Source of the DNA: an uncultured virus (IMG/VR IMGVR_UViG_3300029953_000002)
Taxonomy: Duplodnaviria > Heunggongvirae > Uroviricota > Caudoviricetes
Direction: 5' to 3' (one strand)
DNA length: 64,000 nucleotides
IMG/VR virus record: IMGVR_UViG_3300029953_000002
Shown in pieces: positions 10,103 through 20,429 of this stretch. Every line of letters begins with the position of its first letter. Position 1 is the stretch's first letter. Made by a program: the position numbers and the translations under genes. Below the pieces are notes generated by a model. It searched no databases. It had not been told where the DNA came from and was given only the letters and a program-made list of their open reading frames with translations.

Positions 10103-10492
10103 TTACGTCGGCGATGTCTTTTCAAACAACTTTATAAATAACCCATAACTCATTGCTTCAACGTGACCTACATCATCACCACAGTATGCGTTAAATATAA
10201 CGCTTCCGTCTTGTTCATTCTGAACGAGCATTTCTATCCGAAGACCTAATTTCTTATTCTCATAGAAACCAGGTTCAATTATACCAAAGGATGGTACTGT
10301 TTTAAACTCAACTTCTGAATCAAATGAAATACCAATTGTTACACCAGCTCTTAATGGTAATCCTAATTCCACTCGTGTGTCTTGCTCCCATTTATCAACA
10401 AATTCACATAGCTCAAATTTAGCTGAATTATCCATAGTAAACTGTTTATAAATAAATGCTTTTAGTTCATTTATCTTGTCTTGGAAAATCAC
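10103..10492 (-). CDS. Hypothetical protein
   Basis: 129-aa ORF overlapping the stop of the upstream gene by 4 nt. Confidence 0.55.
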   Translation of the reverse strand: MIFQDKINELKAFIYKQFTMDNSAKFELCEFVDKWEQDTRVELGLPLRAGVTIGISFDSEVEFKTVPSFGIIEPGFYENKKLGLRIEMLVQNEQDGSVIFNAYCGDDVGHVEAMSYGLFIKLFEKTSPT

Positions 10493-11844
10493 GATGTCCC
10501 CACACGATTAATAAATATAGATAGAACGGAATGTGATATATAACGAGTAGTCTTTTGTCCCTGTCCTTTTGCCGCTGTGTAATGATGGGCTTTTAACATA
10601 ACGCCGTAAATCTTTTTAATTTCCGTGTCATCAATATATAGAATTTTTACCATCATGCCAGGAAAGATTAGAGTTTGGTTTGAGTTCTCCCATTCTAGAT
10701 CAATCATGCTTCCTTGCCGAACAGCTAGTTTTGATGCTTCGTAAAATGAATTAGCGTTAATTGGATTACTGCTTACTGGCACATTATTGTTACCTGTTAA
10801 ACGTTTAACAGAAACATATTCACTGTTGTTTAATGCTCTACTAGCCGTTGTTTTGTTATTAGCAGTAGTGGCGAATCCTGTTACGAAATTATTAGCATCA
10901 GCATAACGAACACCATTACCTTTGTTAAGCATTTCAACTTCAGAATTATCTTTAAATTTCACACTACCTGTCGCTAGAATAACCAGATTGTCTCCAGTTA
11001 AACGATAAGTGCGCTCAATGCCGGGTAGTTTATTCTTAGGTACGTTAATAATTGTAACAGTCTTTTTTGCACTGTTAAAACGAGTACAGTCGTAACAGGG
11101 GTAAACATACCAGTAATCGCCTTGTAAATAATAACCTAAACCAGAACTATACACACCGCCACATTTTTCATGAATGTATTGCGGCAATTGGACTAGTGGG
11201 ATACCCTGTGGTATGACAATATGACTGCGAGGTGTGTTGTTAGATATAGGCTCTATAACATCAACGCCTTTAATAGCACGTTTCCCATCAACAACGATAG
11301 TTTGCGATGCTTGTGTTAGTGATGATTTAATTACATCGCCAACAGTGCCATTTCTAAATATACTTCCAACACTAATCATCCGTAATTGTTCTAACGCTTT
11401 ATTCACCAATTGAAACTTAACCGTAATTAAGTTTGCAATATCTAACTGTGTCATTGTTGGCGAAAAAGAAGAATTAGCTTCGATAATTGGGTTACCTGTA
11501 TCGATTAACGTAGCGCGATATCTCTCTGTCTGTGGTTTCTGAGTGGTATCAATATTATCATCCACTTCATTGAGTGGTGTTTTAGCTAATATAATCTCAA
11601 TGTCTTCTTTAAACGGATAAATGTTATTCGCGTAAGTACCAGCACCTAACGTAATTTCTAATAGAATCTCATCAGAATAATTATCCTCAAAATCACTTAA
11701 GAAATCAATTGATAATATTTTATACGGTGCGTTATATATCTTATTTGCATAGATCAACGCTGTCCATGTATAGTGAACAGGAAGTGACCCGTCGGTAGTT
11801 ATTTTAGTTACTTCGCGCCATAATGAGCTGTCGGCAATTTCGAT
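10489..11844 (-). CDS. Virion (tail/baseplate hub-like) structural protein, phiKZ gp101-like
   Basis: 422-aa track ORF extends in frame to ATC at 11844, behind an AAGGAG RBS; GGVYSSGLGYYLQ motif; synteny with the phiKZ virion block (recalled). Confidence 0.6.
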   Translation of the reverse strand: MEIADSSLWREVTKITTDGSLPVHYTWTALIYANKIYNAPYKILSIDFLSDFEDNYSDEILLEITLGAGTYANNIYPFKEDIEIILAKTPLNEVDDNIDTTQKPQTERYRATLIDTGNPIIEANSSFSPTMTQLDIANLITVKFQLVNKALEQLRMISVGSIFRNGTVGDVIKSSLTQASQTIVVDGKRAIKGVDVIEPISNNTPRSHIVIPQGIPLVQLPQYIHEKCGGVYSSGLGYYLQGDYWYVYPCYDCTRFNSAKKTVTIINVPKNKLPGIERTYRLTGDNLVILATGSVKFKDNSEVEMLNKGNGVRYADANNFVTGFATTANNKTTASRALNNSEYVSVKRLTGNNNVPVSSNPINANSFYEASKLAVRQGSMIDLEWENSNQTLIFPGMMVKILYIDDTEIKKIYGVMLKAHHYTAAKGQGQKTTRYISHSVLSIFINRVGTS

Positions 11845-11882
11845 GATAATCTCCTTAGTACACTAGTGGAGATATCTAATAA

Positions 11883-12530
11883 CTATCTCCACTTTCTATC
11901 TGCTTTAGAAACTCTTGCGTTTACAAAAGTCTCTGCCATACTCGTACGCGTCGGTCTCTTTTCTTCAGGTTTCTCTTCCTCATCTTCGATCTTATTGAAA
12001 GTAACAATCTTCGGAACGTAAGGAGCTAAGACGTTACTTCTACTAACACGCATTACACTGCCCATACGACGTGCTAATACAGAATCTACATAGTCATTTG
12101 TAAACTCATACTTAGCATGCTCGTACACGGCGTTAGCAAACTTATCCATTAAAATAAGATCGTTAATAGGAGCATCGCGCATGTTCATGCCTGAACTTTC
12201 TAATTTATTTTTCCAAGCATTTAAATGATTAGAAATATAATCATAAATCAGTTTTGTGTCAGACGGTTTAATGACACGAACAATTACACCTTTCTCATAA
12301 AACTCAACCATCTTACTAATAGGGATGGCCGTATCAATTAATTCGTTAGCCATCTCCCTATCATATTCAGGGTCACCAATACCAGGCATACCAAAATACC
12401 TGATATGATCGGATGATCTACTTTGAATATTAGAAACCCGACACATGAAAAGCTCGTGAAAAACATACCATGCTGTATCACGTTTTTCGATAGGGACCCA
12501 AGTGCCAGGTCCAACATTAACATCAGCCAT
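11883..12530 (-). CDS. Conserved phiKZ-like protein (gp100-like)
   Basis: 215 aa; IYDYISNHLNAW and APINDLILMDKFANAVY motifs; synteny. Confidence 0.55.
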   Translation of the reverse strand: MADVNVGPGTWVPIEKRDTAWYVFHELFMCRVSNIQSRSSDHIRYFGMPGIGDPEYDREMANELIDTAIPISKMVEFYEKGVIVRVIKPSDTKLIYDYISNHLNAWKNKLESSGMNMRDAPINDLILMDKFANAVYEHAKYEFTNDYVDSVLARRMGSVMRVSRSNVLAPYVPKIVTFNKIEDEEEKPEEKRPTRTSMAETFVNARVSKADRKWR

Positions 12531-12543
12531 TTATAACTCCATA

Positions 12544-13914
12544 TCAAAATGCTAATATGCTAACCTTGATTAACATTAATAGAATTGGCATATAGTAAAA
12601 ACGCTCTAAACTATCCCATACGTGACATGCCTCACATAACGCATGAATTGTCCGTATATCGATGGCTTTCTTATCTAGATAATCATTTACGCATAACTCT
12701 AAACGAGACTGACCATTTGGTGAGCGGTCGTAAAATGCTTTAGAAAATATATAGTATTCATCGTATAAAATAGGATGAATAAGAGGGATTATACTCTCTG
12801 GTGAATTTCCTATAACCCTAACTGTTATCAGATCGCCTAAGTTCTGAATATGCGGTTTTGTATCTTCTAATACTACTTCTAATGTTTGTTTCGGGAAATA
12901 CCATTGTTGATAGTTAGCATTAACATGCATGTCTTTAGGGTAAACCACATAAGTAACACCACTGTGAAAAATACCTTCTAGCATCGGATCAATAGAAAAC
13001 GATCTAGAGAATACTAAACCAGCTTTTCTCATGATTGTTGTTTTCATTAAATGCTTATCACGTTTTGCTATTGCGTCCCAAACAGTAGTTACTTCCATTG
13101 CTGGATCGCCACTGACATTGAGATGTTTTACAGCACGTATCGTAGGATAATCAAACGTGGTGAAAAAAGACATGACTGTTTTAACTAAGAACGGATCATA
13201 GACAGGTAAACGTTGTCCTGGCACTAAAAGAGTTTTATATTCATTACTGTTAAACTCTTTAAAAAACATATCAGTTAATTGGTTATACCATTGCCCTAGT
13301 TCTTTAACCAACATGTAATCTTCTTCATATAGCAGTGGATTTTGACCATGCTCTAGGAAGTTACGTTCGTAATGAACTGTTTTTACAGTCTTGGATGCTA
13401 AATCATCTAAGCGAATACGGTTAACAGAAACGTTGTCAATTAACTGGTATTCAATCACGTGACAAGTATCATTGAAAATTGTTTTACGTTCGGATAGATT
13501 TACTTGAAACAAACCTTCATTACCATCACCTATGTCGGCTATAAACATATCGCCTTCATTTGGTATTAGGAACGGATAGACAGTAGCAGCGCCAGTAATC
13601 GTTATTTGTTTAGACGTATCGTCCTGAGTGGTAGATAATGGAGTAGTTACCTTTAGCTCCATTTTCTTTATCAGTGTATATTGCTGATATGTCGGACTAC
13701 GGTTAATATCTTGCCCTGTTAGCGGACTATCATCATTTAATACTTGAGAGTAATAATTAACAGTCCAACTACTACCTTCTACATGCGAGAGTAATGAAGA
13801 TTTTGGCGTATATCTAGTATCAACGGTTACTCCCCTGTATTTAGGTGCCGATATACGAACTGGTACAGGTTGTTCTCTTTTCGGTGGGTTTGGCCCATCT
13901 TCAATAAGTGGCAT
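12544..13914 (-). CDS. Virion structural protein, phiKZ gp99-like
   Basis: 456 aa; LLSHVEGSSWTVNYYSQ, PNEGDMFIADIGDG, ERFYYMPILL motifs; synteny. Confidence 0.6.
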   Translation of the reverse strand: MPLIEDGPNPPKREQPVPVRISAPKYRGVTVDTRYTPKSSLLSHVEGSSWTVNYYSQVLNDDSPLTGQDINRSPTYQQYTLIKKMELKVTTPLSTTQDDTSKQITITGAATVYPFLIPNEGDMFIADIGDGNEGLFQVNLSERKTIFNDTCHVIEYQLIDNVSVNRIRLDDLASKTVKTVHYERNFLEHGQNPLLYEEDYMLVKELGQWYNQLTDMFFKEFNSNEYKTLLVPGQRLPVYDPFLVKTVMSFFTTFDYPTIRAVKHLNVSGDPAMEVTTVWDAIAKRDKHLMKTTIMRKAGLVFSRSFSIDPMLEGIFHSGVTYVVYPKDMHVNANYQQWYFPKQTLEVVLEDTKPHIQNLGDLITVRVIGNSPESIIPLIHPILYDEYYIFSKAFYDRSPNGQSRLELCVNDYLDKKAIDIRTIHALCEACHVWDSLERFYYMPILLMLIKVSILAF

Positions 13915-13916
13915 AA

Positions 13917-15569
13917 TTAACTTTCATGTTCATGTACGCGAATAACAAGTGTCTCTAAGTTTGTATAAACACTAGGATTCACATATTGTTGATTTCCTTC
14001 AGATAACCTTATTCGATTAATATAGTTAACAGCGTCATTGTAAACGTTAATCGGAACTTCTGTTCCATTAGTTGTAACAGTTGTGTTGTTTACAACAGGC
14101 TTACTTGGATAGCGATAACTAGTTACTTTACCTAATTCGCTTAGTCTTGGCTGTGTAACAGTGCTACCGCATGAAGGTAGTAAACCAGACTTAACAATAG
14201 ACGGATCTATATACTCCATTACCATTCTAAACAACTTACAGTTCGCTCGCAGTCTATCAGAAGCAACAGTAGCTAGTTTTGTAAGGTTTGTCATCACTCC
14301 TATTCTGACATGATGGTAATCTCTAAATGCTAACTGTGTTGTTGATGTAATGTTTAAATTACTATCTATAGAGACGCTATTAGCATCCATTAGTGTTTGT
14401 CCACGGTATAATGACAATGTAAAAACAGAAGCTCCAGGGATCGTCATATACTGAGCTTCTCCTGCTAAAAATTCAGCAAGAAGAGGATTCAGTTTATAAG
14501 ATGTCATGTTGTTTAAAGACATGAGTTCTAAAGGACTGTTTACATCAATAGACACAAGAGCGGTGAATAGTCTTTTTGTTTCGGGTAACACAAATTCCGG
14601 TATAAACTCATCGTAACTAGGAATAGCTACACCTGGTAATGTATCTAGTTTTGTTTTACCTTTTTCAAAACCATGAAAGTATTTTGCTGATAACGAATAA
14701 ACTTTAAGTTGTTGATCTAGCTCATACGCTGGTTTATTAGGTCTGTACTTTGTACTCAATACCTGATTATGTATCATGAGCGGATAAAACATAGTGCACG
14801 CAATAGCTTTGTCGTATTTAAACTTATACGCAAATGAAATTGTGTAAGTAACACCACCTGTTTCTTCTCTTTCTTCAAGAGGAGGACCTCCTTCAAAATC
14901 ATAATACCCAACAATACGAAGTTGTGTTTCAGGAATAGCCCATGTGCCTTGAGTACCAGTAGTCGTTGTAATAACTGTTGCTTTTGGTGTTAAATTGTTT
15001 CTAAAATAATCATCAAACGAATCACCATATCCTGCTACGTTTTCTCGTAACCGATGAATCTCTCTTAGTACATAAAGATATTCAGGGGGGATGATGTAAT
15101 TGTACGTTATCTCGTGAAGATTTATTTCAGCACCGTGCATCATGGATATGCGATTACGTAGATTATCTCTCCACCGTACTGCGCGCACTTTATCAGCTGT
15201 ACGATAGATAAAATTTATTTTCGTGTCTGTAGAGCTATAGACAGGTTTAACATATGTTTCTAATGGGTCGTCTCTGAATATAAAGAAATTTTCAGGACGG
15301 TAAATAGCGGTACTCAATAAGCGATCTGTTTCATAGTCTTCTTCCACTACAATTGAGACACGTTCTGAGAACGGATAAAGATTAATACCAGGACCAGGAT
15401 CGCTAATAGAACTACCTGGTTGTTTTATTTTATCAATATCACCTGGATAAAATATCTGCGTATTTTGATCAATTCCTGTAGCATCAAATATTTCTCTTGC
15501 AATATCAGTAACAATTGGTCGTGTGATACTCTGCACTGTTTCAGGAAGTGATAACAATATGCGCGGCAT
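13917..15569 (-). CDS. Virion structural protein, phiKZ gp98-like
   Basis: 550 aa; YPLMIHNQ and IPSYDEF motifs; synteny. Confidence 0.55.
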   Translation of the reverse strand: MPRILLSLPETVQSITRPIVTDIAREIFDATGIDQNTQIFYPGDIDKIKQPGSSISDPGPGINLYPFSERVSIVVEEDYETDRLLSTAIYRPENFFIFRDDPLETYVKPVYSSTDTKINFIYRTADKVRAVRWRDNLRNRISMMHGAEINLHEITYNYIIPPEYLYVLREIHRLRENVAGYGDSFDDYFRNNLTPKATVITTTTGTQGTWAIPETQLRIVGYYDFEGGPPLEEREETGGVTYTISFAYKFKYDKAIACTMFYPLMIHNQVLSTKYRPNKPAYELDQQLKVYSLSAKYFHGFEKGKTKLDTLPGVAIPSYDEFIPEFVLPETKRLFTALVSIDVNSPLELMSLNNMTSYKLNPLLAEFLAGEAQYMTIPGASVFTLSLYRGQTLMDANSVSIDSNLNITSTTQLAFRDYHHVRIGVMTNLTKLATVASDRLRANCKLFRMVMEYIDPSIVKSGLLPSCGSTVTQPRLSELGKVTSYRYPSKPVVNNTTVTTNGTEVPINVYNDAVNYINRIRLSEGNQQYVNPSVYTNLETLVIRVHEHES

Positions 15570-15673
15570 GGCTAGTCCTTTGTATAATCGATCATAAAAT
15601 CATGCTTTTATATTTTATTTACATTTTCAAGTCATAAAAGCCATCCATGACAGATGGCAGTTATAACTTGTGT

Positions 15674-17056
15674 TTATGCTGTTCCTGGTATTGCTGTAGG
15701 AGCGGTCATTTCAACAGGGTAACATTCAATTGATTTTTGAATTACCATGATAAATGTATTTACAATACTTAATGATTGTTGCATAAGCGGTATACCGGGT
15801 GAACGAACCCAACCAGCATACGCTGTATTCAACTTCACTAACTCGTGATAACATGCTTCTTCTTTACCAGTATCATCAGCTGGTTTATCAGTGGCTTTAT
15901 GTGAAACACTAGCTTCTTTTGAAGCACGTGCCATTTCCTTCATTGTTTCTTCAACACGGTTATACAGACCACCTTGATCAAAATCCTTAATATACTTCAA
16001 AATGGTTTCGCATTCATTTACAATGTACGCAATACCTTTTGGCGTTAAGGCTGGCATGGTAACCTTATGTTCAGGTGTAAACTCAATACCTTCGGTGTCT
16101 TCTAACCTTAGTTCTGAACCAGACACCGATGATAATAGGTTTAACTTTACTAGTGCTTTATGATCGTTTGACTGTTTCTGTATTTTACGAACTAGGGTCT
16201 TATTCCCCAACAGACCAACGCTACGCATCGTCCTAAACTTAGGACCACCTTTACCGTCGTCAACTTCTTTATCAGGATCTTTAGCTATTCTAGATAATAT
16301 TGGGTTATCTTCATTTGCATTAGTTATTCCTTGCCACGCATGTTCTATTGCGCCATCAATATCACCTTTTGCAAATTTACTCAATGCCTCTATTACCGCA
16401 TTACCTTTCTTTATTGTCGATTCCATGTACATGAAATAAATAAACTTAACAAGAAAAGCGTAGGCGTTTAATGCTCTTTTTAATTGATCTTCATTAGTAA
16501 TTGTCTTACCATCAACGCTAAGAAATACTAATCCAGAAGTAAGCTCTATATCATTTTCTGCTTTACTACCTTCGAGGCTCGCAGATTTCTCTTTAATTAT
16601 ATTTAAACGCGCTTCTGCACTCTCAAAAACTTTAGCGACAGAGCGATAAAAATGTCCCATCTTCGCCCAAATTGTTTTTAAGAATTTAACTATATTTTCC
16701 CATATAGCCTTAGCTGTCTCAACGAAGCCTTCAGTGGCGATAGATTCACCAGCAATAGCTTCCTTAGCAATATCGTCGGGAGACACGTCAGTGCCTGCTA
16801 CAGCCATGTCTGTGGCGTTGTTAATTAGATTTGCTTCTGTAATTGTTGGTGTCGTAATATCACCAGTAATTTCAGCAAGATCTTCTAAGCAGTGAATAAG
16901 ATCTGTTAGATGATAAATCTGTTTTAGTCCAGAATCTACTTCTTCAGCAGCAATGTAAGCGCTATCGCGGATTACTAACTCTTCCTCCAGTGACAACACA
17001 TTACCTTGAAATACTTTAGTTTTAGATTCCAAAGCAATGAATGCTTGTTTACGCAT
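15674..17056 (-). CDS. Internal head/ejection protein paralog (phiKZ gp93-97 family)
   Basis: ALE/SLE/ATE processing motifs followed by the amphipathic helix FVETAKAIWENIVKFLKTIW. Confidence 0.65.
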   Translation of the reverse strand: MRKQAFIALESKTKVFQGNVLSLEEELVIRDSAYIAAEEVDSGLKQIYHLTDLIHCLEDLAEITGDITTPTITEANLINNATDMAVAGTDVSPDDIAKEAIAGESIATEGFVETAKAIWENIVKFLKTIWAKMGHFYRSVAKVFESAEARLNIIKEKSASLEGSKAENDIELTSGLVFLSVDGKTITNEDQLKRALNAYAFLVKFIYFMYMESTIKKGNAVIEALSKFAKGDIDGAIEHAWQGITNANEDNPILSRIAKDPDKEVDDGKGGPKFRTMRSVGLLGNKTLVRKIQKQSNDHKALVKLNLLSSVSGSELRLEDTEGIEFTPEHKVTMPALTPKGIAYIVNECETILKYIKDFDQGGLYNRVEETMKEMARASKEASVSHKATDKPADDTGKEEACYHELVKLNTAYAGWVRSPGIPLMQQSLSIVNTFIMVIQKSIECYPVEMTAPTAIPGTA

Positions 17057-17133
17057 GGTGATTCTCTTTCAAGGCAGTTAGTAATATCACACCAACCACC
17101 ATTAATAACAGTGGTCAGTGTGAGTGGAGTTTT

Positions 17134-18489
17134 TTATGCTGCCACCGGTTCAGGTGGATGTGACGCTGGTGCTTGAGCACTAGCTGGTGCAGCAGTATTG
17201 TTTTCTGGATTAACAGACGCTGCTTCAGATGGCTGTGTAAAACGTCTTAGACTTTCTTCGACATAATCTAAGGTAGCCTTACAGACACGAACTACGTAAC
17301 CAGCCAACGATACAAACCATTTCGACAATAGAGCAACAAAGTCTTTCCCAACTTTCTTAATCTTTTCAAAACGAGATTTATCGCCTTCGCCAACAGTTTC
17401 TTCAGCCTTCTTTGCTTTTTCCATCACGCCAATAATTCTGTTATTGACGACTTCTTTCTTAGTGCCTTCAGAAGCAGCATGAATAATGAATTCTAACAAA
17501 TCCGACACTTCTTTGATTGTATTGCCAATCATATTTGCAGCTAGAGTAGCTAGATTTTCTTTTACTTCAGGAGCGCCTTCAGCTTTCTTAACGCTAGCGT
17601 GTGCCATTTGAGCAGCTGCTGCAATAGCCTCGTCGCCACTTACAGCGCTTTCTGGAGTCTGGTCATCAAATATCATATTGCCAAACATCGAAGTAGCATC
17701 AGACGCTTCGTCGCCTTCTGGGTTAATGTTGATGTCCATTGGTTGATCAGAAGTCAGAGAAGTTTCAGCAGCACCAGCCATTGCCTCAGCAATATCGGTT
17801 GTATACTTATCATGACGTTGGAATAGGCTTTTAATCTTACGACTCCAAGCACCAAGCTTCTCAGTAAAGTCATGTGGTACACTATCACCCATACCAAGAG
17901 TCTCAGCCAGTTGTTTATTAACAAAAAACAACTCGTTTGGTTCACCGGTTGGTTTACGAGTCAATAAGGTCTTTGCGCGTTCCAACTGTGCTCTTGCCAT
18001 CTTCTCAACGTTCGTGAAGAAGTTCTTAATCCATTCCCAAAACTTCTTCATTGCTTCGATGATAGCGTTCCAGATCTTTGCCAAACCGCTGTTGATTTGG
18101 CCTATAGCTAAAGTTGTAGATTCAGTACGTGAACTAGTTCCGCCATAAGCTTCCATAGCTGGCAATTCATGACTAGTAATACCAGCACGTGAAAATAGCG
18201 ACTCCAGTGCAACGTTAACTGCTGCAGCACTATAGCGATCAACACCACCGTTCTCGGCAGCCACACTCATCACATCACGAATGTTTTCCAATGATTCTAC
18301 ACATTGGATAGCATCGTCAACACGCGCATCGTCAATCAAGCCATTGTCTTCACAGTCACGAAGTTGTAATTCAGCCTGACTGCACGCGACGACATTTTCT
18401 GGAGTATTAGTCTGGATTGGTTCACACACAACAATATCTGTTTCGCCTTCCATCGCGGCTACCAAGCCTTTGTTCTTTATACGTGCCAT
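17134..18489 (-). CDS. Internal head/ejection protein paralog (phiKZ gp93-97 family)
   Basis: AME/ALE motifs, ENGGVD, LAKIWNAIIEAMKKFWEWIKNFF helix. Confidence 0.65.
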   Translation of the reverse strand: MARIKNKGLVAAMEGETDIVVCEPIQTNTPENVVACSQAELQLRDCEDNGLIDDARVDDAIQCVESLENIRDVMSVAAENGGVDRYSAAAVNVALESLFSRAGITSHELPAMEAYGGTSSRTESTTLAIGQINSGLAKIWNAIIEAMKKFWEWIKNFFTNVEKMARAQLERAKTLLTRKPTGEPNELFFVNKQLAETLGMGDSVPHDFTEKLGAWSRKIKSLFQRHDKYTTDIAEAMAGAAETSLTSDQPMDININPEGDEASDATSMFGNMIFDDQTPESAVSGDEAIAAAAQMAHASVKKAEGAPEVKENLATLAANMIGNTIKEVSDLLEFIIHAASEGTKKEVVNNRIIGVMEKAKKAEETVGEGDKSRFEKIKKVGKDFVALLSKWFVSLAGYVVRVCKATLDYVEESLRRFTQPSEAASVNPENNTAAPASAQAPASHPPEPVAA

Positions 18490-18568
18490 TTGCTACTCCT
18501 AATTAGGTAAAAAATAAGTTAATTCTAATTCGAATTATGACTTGGAAGCCATCATATTAATTACATTT

Positions 18569-18973
18569 CTATTGTTTCAAAAGTTTTAATGCTTCGTCCA
18601 GTGTCGATATTGTTTCAGATGAAAATGTACGATCTATATTACTGGCAAAACTAAGTATACTTCTCTTAATTTTAGATGCATTGTGAATAGCAGTATAACA
18701 TACAATCGGAGCAATTCTACCAACTCTATCAGGTTCTTCAGAATCAACCTCTACATAACAATATTTTTTGTTTTTCTGGCACTGAACATGATTTTTATTA
18801 AAAATCATCTTACCAGATTTTACAACATCGCTAACGGATGAATAAATATTTTGTCTAAGAGAAGTTTCTGTTCCAGATAATTCTGTTCCATTAATAAAAA
18901 TATGATCGTCTGAAGTATTGTCTAAATGTTGCACCCAACAAACTATATCACCGTCTTCCAATTCATCATTCAC
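18569..18973 (-). CDS. Hypothetical protein inserted among head paralogs
   Basis: 134-aa ORF overlapping the stop of the upstream gene. Confidence 0.55.
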   Translation of the reverse strand: MNDELEDGDIVCWVQHLDNTSDDHIFINGTELSGTETSLRQNIYSSVSDVVKSGKMIFNKNHVQCQKNKKYCYVEVDSEEPDRVGRIAPIVCYTAIHNASKIKRSILSFASNIDRTFSSETISTLDEALKLLKQ

Positions 18974-20348
18974 TTTTTTTACCAGAAGGATCTAACGTTT
19001 TGTTATTACTTGTAGAACCATAAAGCTTTAATGTTTCTCTAACGAGTTTTAATAAGCTATTACATGTTCGTATTGTGTACGAGCCCACATCAACAGCCGG
19101 TTGGTCCATCAAACGAATTGCGCTTATTATAACTGTTCTGTTATCTCTAAGTGCGTCTTTAATAGCTTCACTATGGTTACCTTGGTGTATTTGATTTAAT
19201 AGGCCCAGACTCATTATACGCATTTCGTTTTTTACATGAGTGAACTGAGAAAGTGAACTCTTGTATGTTATCACGTCAGAAAGAATAGCATCTATATCTG
19301 TCAGGATTGTTCCTAGATCACCAGTGCTCAGTATTGGTATTTCTTTATCGGTTGTTTCTGGAGTATTAGAATTGAAAGGACGAATTGCTGCACGTATTTT
19401 TGATAGCGTTTGAATTCCATCTTTTCCATTTAGATCAGTATTCCAAATATGATTATAAATTGCTTTACCGCCAAAAAGTTCTTCTGAACGAACTACTTTT
19501 AATGGAGGGGTTGTTGAAAAATCATTAGGTATATTATTCTCAGCTACTATTGTTCTGTCGTTATCTTCGCTTTTTGGGATACGGAAACTACTATCAATGG
19601 GGTATGCCGTATCTCTCTTTTCGCCAAACAGGATATTAAGTAACTTACCCATTTTAACATTAGAACTTAACGAATTATTAAACGTATCGTGAACAGCATC
19701 TTTAAAATTATTTAACGATGTCTTAATGTTAACTGGAAAATGACCAGCGATATTTAACGATCTAACAAGATATTCATTTTCGAATTTATCTTCTTTTGGA
19801 GAAACAGAAGCTCCGGGAATTCTTCCTCGTAACTCTTTTACTTCTTCTTTTAACTTATCAGCACTTAAGAAAATATTCAAGAAGAAATTCTTTACCATCT
19901 CAATTGATTTCTTAATCAATTCTATAATTTTTGCCCATACTTCTTTAGCTACTTCAGCAATGCCTTCTAACGACATTGTTGCTGTGGTGTTAATTGTTTC
20001 TAACGAAACAGATTTTCTTAATGCATTTACAGAATTATTTACAGTGGTATTTGTATTCTTATTCTTTTTAGAATCACGAGCTATCACGTTAGCAATTGCT
20101 TCCAATGATTCCATAACACGCATCGATTGATCTATCTCTTGGTCAACAGCGGTAATTGCTTGTTCATTTTCACCAATAGTACCTGTGGCTATTTCTAATT
20201 TTTCAGGATTACCATCTAGACCCATTCCTTCAGCTTCCATTTGTGAACGAATGATTTCCTCTTGTGATCTTGTATCAGCAGTTGGTTCAAGTGTAATTAC
20301 GTCTGGATTTACAACAGTATCAGGATTTACCTCAACAACATCACTCAT
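18966..20348 (-). CDS. Internal head/ejection protein paralog (phiKZ gp93-97 family)
   Basis: SLE motifs; MSLEGIAEVAKEVWAKIIELIKKSIEMVKNFF. Confidence 0.65.
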   Translation of the reverse strand: MSDVVEVNPDTVVNPDVITLEPTADTRSQEEIIRSQMEAEGMGLDGNPEKLEIATGTIGENEQAITAVDQEIDQSMRVMESLEAIANVIARDSKKNKNTNTTVNNSVNALRKSVSLETINTTATMSLEGIAEVAKEVWAKIIELIKKSIEMVKNFFLNIFLSADKLKEEVKELRGRIPGASVSPKEDKFENEYLVRSLNIAGHFPVNIKTSLNNFKDAVHDTFNNSLSSNVKMGKLLNILFGEKRDTAYPIDSSFRIPKSEDNDRTIVAENNIPNDFSTTPPLKVVRSEELFGGKAIYNHIWNTDLNGKDGIQTLSKIRAAIRPFNSNTPETTDKEIPILSTGDLGTILTDIDAILSDVITYKSSLSQFTHVKNEMRIMSLGLLNQIHQGNHSEAIKDALRDNRTVIISAIRLMDQPAVDVGSYTIRTCNSLLKLVRETLKLYGSTSNNKTLDPSGKKSE

Positions 20349-20429
20349 GTTCGCTCCAGATAAATAAAAAAAGAGTAATCCAGTTTAGTTAAACCTTCTA
20401 ACTAAACTGGATTACGTTAACTACTAATG

